Below, one piece after another: positions 36,623 to 48,628 of a stretch of DNA of 64,000 nt. The notes beneath the pieces are model-generated. The model saw nothing but the letters and a program-made list of their open reading frames with translations, was not told the origin of the DNA and did not search any database. The stretch lies in NCBI GenBank assembly GCA_030295235.1, contig AP026164.1:1116001-1180000 (forward strand). The letters run 5' to 3'. The position numbers and the translations under genes were made by a program. Positions within the stretch are counted from its first letter, which is position 1; the number at the start of each line of letters is the position of its first letter. This DNA is from Fistulifera solaris. Lineage: Eukaryota.

Positions 36623-38050
36623 ATGGGAGCGCTGAGTAAACAAAGGAGAGTCAGCCGGATCCGAATCCGGCCGCGTCAACTTGTGGTGGTTTTGAGTTTA
36701 ATGACATGCTTTCTGTTCTATTATTCTGCATCACATTCCTCGTCACTAAGGCTTACCAAATTAACACCAGATAACATGGATTATCATCTTGTCCCGTCGA
36801 CAGACGAACACGCAGCACCTGAACACCAACTACCAAAGTGGATTCTGGACTATTTTGAGTGGCACAAAAAGTGCGCAGACAGTTTCCCGGATCGGAATTA
36901 TTCCGGAACCCAAATGCACCTCCCATCCTCATTCGAACATGCCTTGGATTATGTGGAGGATTGAACGATAGACTTGGTCAGCTTCCGTGGGATATCTATC
37001 TCGCCAACCAGACGGGCCGTGTGTTGTTGATTCATTGGCACCGACCAGCACCGCTCGAACACTTTCTTACACCCAATGAAGTTGACTGGACGGTTCCACT
37101 AGATGTGGAGGGATTCTTTAATAAAGAGGGTACGATAGTATCTCGAGAAGGCATGCGCAAAGCTCGAGCAATACCAGATTTGTTTGACGGATTTGCCAGC
37201 GCCAATCCGGAAAAGGATTTCTGGAGCGAACACTTGGACCTTTCTTTGCAAAGGGCTACTAGCGGAAGATTTAAGAGCGAAAAGGTTTTAAGACATCGTC
37301 TTTTGGGTCACATCAATGAGGAGGAGCTTGAAGCTCGATTGAGGGCCCTCGGAGAGACCGACACAATCCACTGGACACCATCTTTTGGTAATATATTCTT
37401 CGCCTTTTTCAAACTCAGTGATCCTATCCAACAAAAGCTCGAATATATTTTCAGGGAACTTGGACTGCGACCAAAGGAGTATAGCGCGGTTCACTGCCGA
37501 GTTCGTCATCCGAAAGCCATGCCCCAATCTATGATGGTAAAGGTAAAAACGAGGATTATCCTGCGGATAAATCCGGTCTGCCTTGGGAAGGCAAAGCGAA
37601 GGAATTTGCGATAGAGACGGCGACGAAGGCGATCAAGTGTATAAAGGCGCGACTAAGAAAAAAGGAAGAGAAGGTTTATTTCTTTTCTGATTCGAATGAC
37701 TTGGTACGATACATTGCGCACGATTTGCTGCAGGAGGAGAACAATGCGGTAATCAACGTGGAGAAAGAAGCCGAAGATATTGTGAGGACAATGCACATTG
37801 TGGCAAGAAATGCGCTTGAGGAAAACGCTCATATTGACCGACAGAAGGGCCGTGATATTCCTGCGTATTATGGCACTTTTCTTGACCTCTTTCTTGCTAT
37901 CAATTCTCGATGCCTGAGCTACGGCATCGGGTACTACGCCATTTTGCGGCGAAGATTTCTGGCACGCAGTGCAAGCTATTGTATCAAGAGGAGTATTGGG
38001 GTGGAGAGGATAATAAAAGAGCGAATAGCCACGTGTGTTCGGTTGATTGA
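36623..38050 (+). CDS. Type II membrane glycosyltransferase-like (fucosyltransferase-like) protein
   Basis: N-terminal TM; CLGLCGGLNDRL, RVLLIHW, YSAVHCRV, YFFSDS, HIDR and TFLDLFLAINSRCLSYGIG; frameshifts ~36868, ~37548 and ~37943. Confidence 0.65.
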
Positions 38051-38497
38051 AACGATGTTCATTCGAATTCGTAGCAACGACAAAATTAAATAATGTACTG
38101 ATTATCGATGCAGGTTGTCGTCCAACATGTTTAAATAAACTCCCAGTTAATGTAAACTATTCACCAACTTTCTATAGAGCCAGAAGCTATGTAGACTATT
38201 CATTTGGCAGAAGCTACATCAAAAATTTCTCTTTCTCCAAATAATGTAAACTTAGTTTGTGATGTCCTCCCGTCTAAATTCTAAGGCAGTACCCCCCTGG
38301 GTACTGTGGATTGCCGACGTGGGATAACGTGGCTGACGTCCCCTTTGTCTGCTTTCGTTTTACATATCTGACGTTTCTTCGAGAAGATTTCCTTCTGACA
38401 CAGTAAGTATTCAGTATTCGCTCGAAGTTACCTGGTAGTTTGACGGAATCTGATGCTTCACCCAAGGGCTTACCAGTTACCAGTTACCAGGGAAGGA

Positions 38498-38561
38498 CGT
38501 TAAAATTCTGCCTCCCAGTACAAAACCTACGTAGGGTGTACGACGAGGCAGAATTTTAACG
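38498..38561. repeat. 64-bp inverted repeat/hairpin
   Basis: cgttaaaattctgcctc (38498-38514) is the exact reverse complement of gaggcagaattttaacg (38545-38561); central palindrome cctacgtagg. Confidence 0.85.
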
Positions 38562-39191
38562 CCGTTGCCAGGTATACTTTGTAGGTAGAGGTTTTGATTT
38601 CGCCACGTCACCTAGTCGAGCGGCGGCGGGCGGCGGCGATTAGAATTAGCAAGCGACACCAAAAACCGAAACTTCAAACCGACCCCTGCCCAACGTTTCC
38701 CAGCCACGCAAAAGGTTCGTACACTTTACAAAGACTCACACTTGCCGCATTACTACGACTACGATTACGAGGTCGTCTTTTTCTCCGATTTTGAAAAAGC
38801 AACGTACGTCCGCTGATTTCTTACTGTGGTACTTAGTGTTAACCTTTCTTCCTTGAAGAGGCCGGCGTGGCGCATTTTCGCCTTTCGTGGCGATTTTTGC
38901 GCTCTTTCACCTATCTCCTGACCAGGACCAAACGCCCCCATAAAAAAATCACGAACCCTTTTAACAGGCATTTTGCTGCTCAATACAACAATACTATTAG
39001 TACTTCTCAACAGCTGGCTGCGTTCACTTCGCCCTTTGCGGCAGTGGAAGCTTTAAAGCTCAATCAAACTCTCTCTATAAACCATCTTGATCCCCCACGC
39101 GCCAATTGCTCGTTGCGGTGAATCTGATCGCCGATTGCCCACCGACTTCGTTCTACGGCTATCGCACCGACCCTCACCAGAAGCAACAACT

Positions 39192-39698
39192 ATGGGTGTC
39201 CGAAAACATTTACGCTGTCAAATGACTCGTGCTTTCCTTGGGAACAACGCTGAGATGCCCAAGGCGATGAAGATTCAACGTGTTTATTCCTCTCCGAACA
39301 TAGAAGGCCTGGAACAAACGTCAAGTGAAAGCGAGTGTGAGTCATCGTCGGACATGTTGCCAAAAAGCGCCCTTCAGAAGGCGGTCTCGTTCACGTCAGT
39401 TGAGATCCGCGAGTATAATGTCATAGTTGGCGATCATCCATGCTGCATTTCCGGATTTCCCCTCACGCTCGATTGGGAATATCGGGAAGTAAGCAACATT
39501 GAGGTCGACACCTACGAAGAAGTCCGATCGCCCCGTCGTCACAAGGAGGATCTAAAAATTTCTCCTGAAGAACGCTGTCAACTGCTCACGGAGGACTGCT
39601 CTGCAGACGATTTGAGGAAAGCACAGCGTCAACTGCATCGAGCCCGCTCATGTAGTGCTAAACTTTGCGAACGCGTGAACTCTAAATTTTTCAGCTAA
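39192..39698 (+). CDS. Diatom-type hypothetical protein, same family as 35533-36156
   Basis: KAVSFTSVEIREYNVIVGDHPCCISGFPLTLDW...VDTYE..R. Confidence 0.7.
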   Translation: MGVRKHLRCQMTRAFLGNNAEMPKAMKIQRVYSSPNIEGLEQTSSESECESSSDMLPKSALQKAVSFTSVEIREYNVIVGDHPCCISGFPLTLDWEYREVSNIEVDTYEEVRSPRRHKEDLKISPEERCQLLTEDCSADDLRKAQRQLHRARSCSAKLCERVNSKFFS

Positions 39699-40009
39699 TT
39701 TGCGAATACTGAACATATAATGCGATATTTGATTCTTAAAAAGCAAGCTTTAGTATATGAGCTTACGATACTAGCTCCAACACAAAAAAATCATCTTCGC
39801 CAGCTCTATGGCCAATCGCGCGTTCACTTGAATGTACTACTACGAGGGAAATTTCGGGTGTCCGGAAAGGAAACCGCGCACTTTTAAATTGGCAGACCAG
39901 AATGCATGCTGGTCTAGCCAAACTAGACGCCTGGCCCCTTTTGTCAAGTAGTAAAACCAAGCTTTTACTTTCTGGAGTGAAACAACTCAATAGGAAGACT
40001 GGGATAGCA

Positions 40010-40615
40010 TCATTCCGAATTTCGACGAGTAGCTGAGGGGCGCTTCTTTCTCCTTGCCATTTCTCTCCCTCTATAAGGACCGGACTCGAGGACGCTTGTT
40101 GCGTGTAGTTGCATTTGTTGTCGGTAAAATTGCGCCGCTTTCGTCTTGTATCTCAAACGCATTACGTTTTCCTTGTTGATTGCTTTGTTCTTCTTCACCA
40201 CGCAAGCTTCAACAGTCAAAGCGTGTCGAAGAAAAAAGGTACCGAGCTGCTCATTTCCTCCTTCTAGCATCGCTATGACCTCATCCAGTTTCCATTCATC
40301 CATTTCGATCGACCGTACTCTCGACACTTGTACGCCGAGTGACCGGTGATGCCCGCTACATTGCAAGCAGACCAATGCTCCGAAACTAACAGCAGCCCAT
40401 TGGGGATCACGTCCGCCGCAGTCAATGCATCGATCGTTGCCTTCTATGCTTTTCAACAAAGCCAAACAGGCTGGGGGAAAACTCGGATAGCTGCTTATTT
40501 TTTCGGAATGACACCGCTTTGCTTCGAGCTCGGCACTTGCCATGTCGACCAAAGGTATCCCTATATCGCTTCGTTCTCTATCATCAAAGTCGTTTAATGA
40601 AACTGTTTGTGACAT
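40010..40615 (-). CDS. ArfGAP-domain protein
   Basis: GNDRCIDCGGRDPQWAAVSFGALVCLQCSGHHRSLGVQVSRVRSIEMDEW...GGN; an upstream exon is possible. Confidence 0.88.
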   Translation of the reverse strand: MSQTVSLNDFDDRERSDIGIPLVDMASAELEAKRCHSEKISSYPSFPPACLALLKSIEGNDRCIDCGGRDPQWAAVSFGALVCLQCSGHHRSLGVQVSRVRSIEMDEWKLDEVIAMLEGGNEQLGTFFLRHALTVEACVVKKNKAINKENVMRLRYKTKAAQFYRQQMQLHATSVLESGPYRGREMARRKKRPSATRRNSE

Positions 40616-41563
40616 CCTGTGCTCATGAAATGCCTCTTGAAGGGGATGGAAAAACAACATCAGTCAAACGCCATAAACGACATACTATAGAATTCATGCG
40701 CTTAGTACCCATTACAGAAAGCAGAATGACTTTTCCGTCGATCCTAAATTCGAAACACCCCATATATTTGCGTGACATTAATCGATTCGAGCCATCACGC
40801 ACTCTCAAAATGCTTCTCTCCGAAGATTTTTCAAAGAAGAAATCGATTTGTAAAGTATTTGATGTCAGGTATCATTGACACTCTCCGACTTGTAATGCCT
40901 TTCGCTGTTTCAAAAGGCAACTTACCTCTCATGAGGAACTTACAGGAGTTGAAATAACTGCTTTGTTACGTTCTTCTTTCTCAGAATGACAAATGAATAC
41001 TCTCGATGACATTCTTCGTGGCTTTTTGACAGCGAAAATAATTGAAATGGCACATAAAAATTCACGCCAGCAATTACCCTTAACCTAATCGTCAACCATT
41101 TCTGCCTTCTTGACAACATTATCATCATAAATTTCACAGTACCGGTACCAACTAGTCTACCGAATTATTTTGTTTGTTGCAAGGCTTACCTGAGTCAAAC
41201 GCAGTTTCAGAGTCGATTATCATTGATCGATGTTTCTATAATTAGCAACTTGAATGCTATTTTCGAAGAAAACCATTGCTGTTCGTAGCAGCCAAGCTGA
41301 AAGGAGTCCAAGCTCAAGCATTCATAAGGACGATACAATAGCATGTAGCAGTTATTAGTTATAGCACAAATTATAATACACGGCTCTTGCTGGAATTTCA
41401 TCGCATTGCTTTTGACATCGATGCTTCAGTCTGGCCCGGTGACGAATCTAGAAGTACATCTACTCGCTGCTTCGGCTCATGTAAAGACACGAGTGCGCAT
41501 ACTGTCTGCGTGCAGTTCGTTGTCAGAGGTTAACGACCCGACTGTAGAATAAGGTGTGACCAT

Positions 41564-42159
41564 TCATCTGAATCGTCCATTCAATGAGTTGACAAAGTCA
41601 TCAAGAAATCTGAGAAATGATGACATAAAATGAGCTTTTGAAATCTTGATAAGCTTCTTTTAACAATGCACAAATAAACCTTACCTTTTTAGATCCGTTT
41701 CATTGTAATAGAGATCCGACGGAGATCCTTCGGACGAATACTCATGAACTTGAGTAACAAGTTCTTCGCAGAAATGTACCAGCGATGAGCCTCGTTTTCT
41801 AAACTCGTAGTATTCTCGTCGAAATTTCCGATAGTCCTTTTCACAATAATAGAGCTCTTGTTTTTCGTGTGGCATTGTGGCAGGCCGTTCGAATTCTGCC
41901 GTCACTAGACAAGGAGAAAACGACACATTATATGAAGCAGAATTTGAAAATGAGCATTCTGTGGAAATAGTGGAGGCGGTCTCGTCATCTGTCGATGACT
42001 GCCCCAAAGTTTCCTTGGAAAATTCGAAAGAGAAATGCTTTTCTTTGTAGGAACTTGTTTTTGTTCACAATTGTTCCATCTTTCCACGCACTTCATAACA
42101 GCATGTCTAGCCGACAAAGATGGAAGTTGAAGTCCGATTGTATTAGCATAATGATTCAT
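41564..42159 (-). CDS. Diatom-type hypothetical protein with duplicated V.F...V...LYY motif
   Basis: VSFSPCLVT...ELYYCEKDYRKFRRE and VHFCEELVT...DLYYNETDLKR|FLDDF; intron ~41610-41684; frameshift ~42040. Confidence 0.6.
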
Positions 42160-42420
42160 GTTCACCCTGCTCTGAGTTCGATGGTTGTAAAAGAATTCCT
42201 CGTGGCAGATCAAGTGCTAATTTGTGAGTGGGGATGCGAGCGAGCTTTGTCTATCAAGAGGTTGTCCTGTCCTGCATCGATTCACTGGAATGAAGATGAA
42301 GTGGAGGAAAGGAGTCAGATTTGAAAATCATGAGGTGAGCCATAAAGGAAGTGTGCAACCGGCAGTAAAATTGTATTTACTCTATGAAATAGTGTAGACT
42401 GCATTCGTGAAAGATTGGTT

Positions 42421-42600
42421 CAACGTGGACATGTTCACGTGGCGATTTCAGTCCGGCACTCGCCTCGTTGAAATCCTACGAGAGCGACAGAGATTTGTCC
42501 GACCGCGCTTGACGAATCCCAAAGACGGACAATCATGACGTCACTGCTGCTTCACCTTGTCATTGATTGTTCATTGGTTACCGTGTTTCATTCACGTACG
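42421..42600. promoter_or_regulatory. ACGT-core cluster (G-box CACGTG, CRE/aureo-box TGACGTCA) in a divergent promoter
   Basis: CACGTG at 42436-42441, TGACGTCA at 42536-42543, plus further ACGT cores; function inferred only. Confidence 0.3.
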
Positions 42601-42854
42601 GTGGACGGACGTCCATGACCGTGACTGACTTAACCCGTGATTACCATGTCTTAATTCACAATCTGCCCTGCGTACGTTATCTCCTATCTCTAATCACTTT
42701 GCCATCAAGTACCTTACCGTCGCGGCTCGTGGTCCCTTTCGCCATCGCGCAAAGCAAAAACCTTGAGCAACGCGGCAACAAAAACAACCTTCTATTCGAA
42801 CAATAACCTTGATTGAAAGCGATTTAATACGGTACAAAACTGTGCAAAACAAAG

Positions 42855-43384
42855 ATGTCAGCTCGTATGAGACTTACTAAAATCATGGCGAAGGCAGGCT
42901 CGCGCAGCAAGCCGAAGCCGGCAGCCGAACAGGCAGCAGAGCGCACAAAGTGGAATATTGTTCGAGGCGATAAGGTAGAAGTGATTGGGAATCATTCGGA
43001 AAAGGGGAAGCAGGGCGTGGTACTGCAGGTTCTACGAGATTTGGATAGGGTCATTGTGGAAGGCGTTAATTTTGGTACCAAACACATTAAAGGCGATGCG
43101 GAGCGTGGCATCAAAGCTAGAAAAGTGCAGCGCGAAAGATCAATTCCGTATTCCGATGTGAATCTAATTGACCCTGTTACGCTGAAACCCACTCGAATCA
43201 TTCGGAAGTATCTTGAAGATGGGTCTAAGGTAAGGGTTGCGAAAAGAGCGGGGCGATTATTCCCCGCCCTGAAATTCTGAACTATCGCAAGCGTCCGGTT
43301 AGTAGCCGTGTCACGGAATCCGACACGGTGGAAGAAGATGTTTGGGAACAAACATATTTTCCAGCCGGATCGGTATTAATGTAA
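42855..43384 (+). CDS. MRPL24: Mitochondrial ribosomal protein uL24
   Basis: WNIVRGDKVEVIG..EKGKQG.V......RVIVEGVN (KOW), ERSIPYSDVNLIDP and KVRVAKKSGAIIPRP after restoring one A at ~43243. Confidence 0.9.
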
Positions 43385-43451
43385 TCTGTTATAATATGCA
43401 TACAGCAATTTTATGCAGCAATAGTTATGACAGCACTTGCTTGTGAGGCGG

Positions 43452-45140
43452 TTACGAGGATGGCTTGGTCATGAATCCCCAAAAGTATTCGTCCCAAGGG
43501 TCAGGAGTTGAGCTTGATGAACTAGTGGGTAAGATATCAGTGATACGTTCGATGATAGTTCTGAGCATCTCGTACTTCTCGATTGACGCGGAATCATCCC
43601 TGTTCTGACTGAGCTTGTTCGCATGACATGTGACAATTTGTTGGGTTCTCAGAGCAGCAGCTTGCACTCCATGCTTCAAGTCTTTATGATCGGTTTTCGC
43701 GAGGTGATGTTTCATTGCTCTCCATAGGGCTTCGCTATCCAGAAGGAGATCTGGAAACTTGATAGACCGAAGAAAGGTGACCAAGAGAGTAGAACTCGGC
43801 ACGGACTCTAAATCGATGCCTAGACAAACGTCTGCGACAGAGAGAACAGAAGCACAAAACGACACATCAAGTTGATCTGCAAATGATAAATCAATCTCAT
43901 TTACAAAGGCGGTTGCGAGTCCTTTCCAAAGTTTCGCAGATAGCTTGAGAGCGCTTTGTTGGTTGAAATGTGATGATGTGGCAAACAGCTCGATGGCATC
44001 TGATGCGATCACGGCCAAACGCACAGCAGTATACACAATTCTACCGATTGACGAGGCATCTGTGTTTTCCGAGGCTCCCAGCACACTTGGCTCCAAACTA
44101 GTGCTCGCTTTATCGGGTGGCATGTCTACTTGGTGTTGAGTGCTAATAGACATCGCGCTGTCGATTTTGTCGAGAGTCATTTCGACAAGATCGTAAATAT
44201 ACATTTCAACATCACTCCATAGGTGAAACAGCTCTGTACTTGTTCCATTCTTATCGGCCGACTTTTCGTTTTGATCCATGAACGAGCCGAATACACTAGA
44301 ACGTTCTCCGTTTGAATGGACGGAATCTTCGTTTGTGGACTTACCATAAGTCATCGACAGAAGCTGTCGGATCATCAGAACAATCAGATTGTGCCAAAGC
44401 AAGACCGTTTCCGAAGCAGATGCTTCTTCCTCCTTGAACCACATTGAAGCTGTTTTTATTGCGGATCGCAGGTCACGAATGTATTGCGTAAGACTTTCTG
44501 CGGAATACTGCCGCGGATTGTGTTCACGAGGATTGTTGCCCGGAGAGAAGCAATCTTTTCCGCCTTGGCTGTTCTCCTCGTATATGTCCCAATGATGCGT
44601 AAGAATCTTCAACCAAGGCAGGCAAATTGAACTTTCAAACGAACTCGTTTTTCTCCGCTGCATCTGATGCTCTTCTCCGTACTGCAGGATCCGACAAAGT
44701 ATGAAATGGAGATGCTCCGGATGATACGATACGATGCTTCCGGCTAGAATTTCTGAAGTTGTATTCAGCACTGTAGTTGCGAGTTCAAGCGCGTAGTCGT
44801 CGTCGAATGGAAACTTCAACTTTGTTACCAACTGAATCAAGTTGTTCTGCAGCTTGTCCGAAATCGAAAACGTGTCATTTTGTGCGTGACTTTCTGCAGC
44901 AAAGTATTTCCCCTGTATTTGCTGAATTTGTGTCAAGCATCTTATGAAATGTCGCAAGCATCGACGCAAACTATGCCGCTCCGACTGGTGATGCGGAAAA
45001 ACTTCGTTGACTGCATTCTCGATATCCAAAACGGAGCACAAAACACCGGAATTCGGCCGCGGTTGCTCATCGCTCAGTAGACCATCGAGACTGGTAAGTT
45101 CTTCAACCAATAAACTCAGTTTCAGTTCAAGCGGCTCCAT
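43452..45140 (-). CDS. Hypothetical helical protein (~560 aa)
   Basis: Long uninterrupted ORF from MEPLEL; no recognised motif. Confidence 0.65.
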   Translation of the reverse strand: MEPLELKLSLLVEELTSLDGLLSDEQPRPNSGVLCSVLDIENAVNEVFPHHQSERHSLRRCLRHFIRCLTQIQQIQGKYFAAESHAQNDTFSISDKLQNNLIQLVTKLKFPFDDDYALELATTVLNTTSEILAGSIVSYHPEHLHFILCRILQYGEEHQMQRRKTSSFESSICLPWLKILTHHWDIYEENSQGGKDCFSPGNNPREHNPRQYSAESLTQYIRDLRSAIKTASMWFKEEEASASETVLLWHNLIVLMIRQLLSMTYGKSTNEDSVHSNGERSSVFGSFMDQNEKSADKNGTSTELFHLWSDVEMYIYDLVEMTLDKIDSAMSISTQHQVDMPPDKASTSLEPSVLGASENTDASSIGRIVYTAVRLAVIASDAIELFATSSHFNQQSALKLSAKLWKGLATAFVNEIDLSFADQLDVSFCASVLSVADVCLGIDLESVPSSTLLVTFLRSIKFPDLLLDSEALWRAMKHHLAKTDHKDLKHGVQAAALRTQQIVTCHANKLSQNRDDSASIEKYEMLRTIIERITDILPTSSSSSTPDPWDEYFWGFMTKPSS

Positions 45141-45465
45141 GTTTATCGTATTGCACTTCTTTCGGTAACCATGGACGATGAAGACGGCGTTTTTTTTGTC
45201 ATTTTTTTGTGTTGCGAAGAACAACTGTGGGGCTTTAGTAAAGATGATGTGGTACGGTACCCGTTGCCTTATTCCCGCACGTTAAGCACATACCTAAAAT
45301 CACCAGTGCGACAACTATTTCATTCGCGCCAAAAATAGTCACGAGCTGCGTGCCTTGAGCGCAGCATGCAGATGCCGGATACACCACGAGCACCGTCGAC
45401 GCGAGGGTCATACACACAAAAATTGGAGGTTGGCGTAGCACAACAACAATTCAACCTTGCGAACC

Positions 45466-46559
45466 ATGGCGAAAATCAGCGGAACTGTGAAGTGGTTTTC
45501 TAACAAGAAAGGTTTTGGCTTTCTTGCGCCCACCTCAGAGAATGCCCCGACCAGCGATGAGATCTTTGTGCATCACTCGAGCCTGCAGATGGTCGAAGGG
45601 GCCTACCGAACTCTCGTAAGTCCAAACGGAATCTTGATTATAGGAACCTTGCTTTTTCGCCCTTTTCGCACTGTCGTGAGGATAGTCGCGCTTGTTTGGT
45701 AGAACGCGAGACCCATGAGAATTCCGTTTGTTTTTGCAATCGGTGAATTGCGTCGAACTGACATTTTCAATCTTTCTTTTGCTTTTCGATTAATTATTTA
45801 TCAGGCTGAAGGATCCGAAGTAGAGTTTGAAGTCGAAAAGGATGATAGTGGAAAGTTGAAAGCCATTAACGTGACGGGTAAGGATGGAGCTTTGTTGGAG
45901 CCTCCTTCGCGCGATAAGAAGCGAATTCGCAAGCCGAAAGCAGGTGGCAACTCGGGAGATGAAAAGACCAGTGCGAAATCGGACAAACCGAACGGTAAAG
46001 GAAAGGGAGAAAAGAAGGCTGCTCCAACCCGTGAAGCTCCGTTTCACTCGGTCATTCCTGACGATTTGAAGGCAAAAATCAGCGAGAAAGGCGTCAAACT
46101 CGTCAGAAACACAGTCGACGTAGCTTTGGGTGGATCGAGAATTAAGCTTGGTCAGGGTGGATATGCGAGCATTGTTGACGCTAAAGGTGTAGTCGGTGAG
46201 GGCTCTTACACGTGCGATGAGTCAGCCAAAATCTCTTTTAACTGGGAGAAATCCTTGGTTTTTGAAGGCGGCGCATGGAAATTAGGCGATGTGTCGAAGC
46301 TGTTGGGTTCACTTTCGCTCGCTGATGGTAAGATTGATTGACGCTACTTGCGACACCTGTTGAGTTGTGTTTACTGACAGTCTTTCCTTTTGCAAAAGAT
46401 GCGATTACGACAGTGGGGGCTGACGAAACTCCAGAGAAACTCTGGGGAAGCGATAAGCCTGACCCCAAAGACATGTTTGCGGAGCATGGTTTCAAAATGA
46501 AAAAGGTGATTCTTTCTCGTCCCCGAAGCAGTCGTTATCGTGGTAACAAGTCAGATTAA
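45466..46559 (+). CDS. Cold-shock domain protein
   Basis: GTVKWFSNKKGFGF..EIFVHHS...YRTL|AEGSEVEFEV...KAINVTG; introns 45616-45804 and ~46328-46398. Confidence 0.88.
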
Positions 46560-47233
46560 ATCTTTAAATTATAAACTTACAAGATAAGTACTCTCTAGTA
46601 GCAGTTGTTATAACATACGATACTCACTGAGGAATTTAATAATATTTAGACTAGCGCCGACTGATATCCGATTAGCTATGGCTATGGAACTACATTAAAA
46701 CCACCTCGTTACCAGATCGTTGCTGGAGTGCCAAGGTATACGTGTCATGACTTTAGATCGCCATTTGCTAGCGATGCGATTATCATGCTAAGATGAGAGG
46801 GACACACTCACACTTTGTACTTAGCTTAGGTATTAAACTTGTTTTGAACTGAAAGTCAAGCCTTCGACCGCACCGGTTGTAGTTGGTGTCGCTTAAGTTT
46901 AAATCTATAAGCCAAGGACACTCTAACTGTATCTAACCTTCTAGATTTTGTCGTAGCTGGAATTTGTTCTTCGTTTTTGGCAAGTGCGATTGATGACCGC
47001 GACTATCTAGAGCAAAGTAGGAAATGCGAACCCTAAACTCGGTCCGGACTACAAGGTGATGCAAAAGGGCGAAAAGATATTATTTGCAATCGTTCCGATG
47101 ACATGACAATCCACAAAGCGAAGCTTGTATTCGGTTTGGTTTCTCCCTAGTAGAAAGGTCTCTTCTCGTAAAAAAATCCAAGGCGTCTCTTGCATATTCA
47201 TTTACACTCTACATTCTTTGAAGGCGATTAACT

Positions 47234-48626
47234 ATGCTCTTGTTCTTGACGTTTCTTCTGCTCGCTTGCAGTGCTCTTCACGAAGTGGATGCACAAAGCG
47301 CATGCTCCGAGGCGGGCATATTGCTTTGCAACTCGACAAACCAGTTGTGTCAAATCGAAGTAACAAGCGGTGGCGAGCAGCTCGAGATCTGCTACGCGTG
47401 CCGTGAAGGCTACATCGACTTTGGTAGGGCAACGGACTCGGCTGGCTGTATCGATCTTTCAAAATTGGATCTTGACTCGTTCATCGAGCGTTTCAAGGTT
47501 CAATTCGGTGCCGAGCAGTCTTCAGTAACCAGCGAGGAGCGTTTACAACTGCTGCTAGCCGTAGCAAGCTATGTATCTCAACACAATGCGCAGCAACCTC
47601 CCCCCACGTTCACTCTAGGATTGAATAAGTACTCAGCTGACAGCGAGGACGAGGCACTACAGATACGAGGATACAAACAAAGCGAGGACTCTGCTGTCCT
47701 TAAAGATCTTCCCTTTTATCAGTTTAGTGATGAGGATGGTACGCTGCCGGACGCGGTTGACTGGGTGGCGCAAGGAGCTGTCACCAGTGTCAAAGATCAA
47801 GGCCGGTGCGGATGTTGCTGGGCGGTTGCTGCAGCGGGTGTTATCGAAGGCGCTGCAGCAATAACTTCCAACTATTCTTATTTACAAAGTGTCAGTTTTC
47901 AGCAAATGATCTCGTGCAGCGATGTGTACAATCAAGGATGTGACGGCGGATTACCTGGCCTAGCGCTGTTGTATTCTATAGCAAATCAGTATGGTGGTAT
48001 GTCAATTCTCAATGATTATGGATTCTCCGATGAGCGAGGAGAAACAACAACGGAGTGCAAAATGACTGAAGATCTACTAAAGGTCGTTATTGAAGAACCT
48101 TCCTTGGTGGTTTCATCAAGCATTGCAGAGTCATTTAATTCGAGAATGGACAAGATGAAGAAAGCAGTCACCAAAGGTCCCGTCAGTGTAGCAATCAAAT
48201 CAAATTGTAAAGAAATGAGCTCCTACAGAAACGGGATTCTAACCTCTGATGGTGATTGCGCATGTAGTCCTGATATCGGTTACTGTCTCGACCACGCTAT
48301 CCTAATGGTAGGCTACAACGATTCGCACAATCCCCCCTTATTGGAAGCTGAAAAATAGTTGGTCGAGGGACTGGGGCGAAGACGGCTATTTTCGCATCGC
48401 GCAAACAAATCCATCAGGGAATTTTTCTTGGGGTTTGTTTGGTGTTCTTTCTGAAGGATCCATGGTGAATCAGGCGTTTAACCGTACGGAAGGGTCGTTC
48501 GATATACCACAAGAAACGGATCTACTCCCAATGTGGGCGGTTATCTTCATAACAGCTTTAGCGGGTCTCATTTGTGCGACGATCTGTTCTTTTGCAGTGA
48601 ATAAAGTTAGAAGTAAGGAACAATAA
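47234..48626 (+). CDS. Papain-family (C1A) cysteine protease with I29-like prodomain and C-terminal TM
   Basis: Signal peptide; FTLGLNKYSAD; LPDAVDW..GAVTSVKDQGRCGCCWA; GCDGG; LDHAILMVGY; KLKNSWSRDWGEDGYFRI after a frameshift at ~48335; C-terminal hydrophobic helix. Confidence 0.9.
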
Positions 48627-48628
48627 CA

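Noticed and set aside
47125..47406. ORF containing MLRGG as another LRGG substrate
   Set aside because: Out-of-frame overlap with the cysteine protease and TTG start; spurious.
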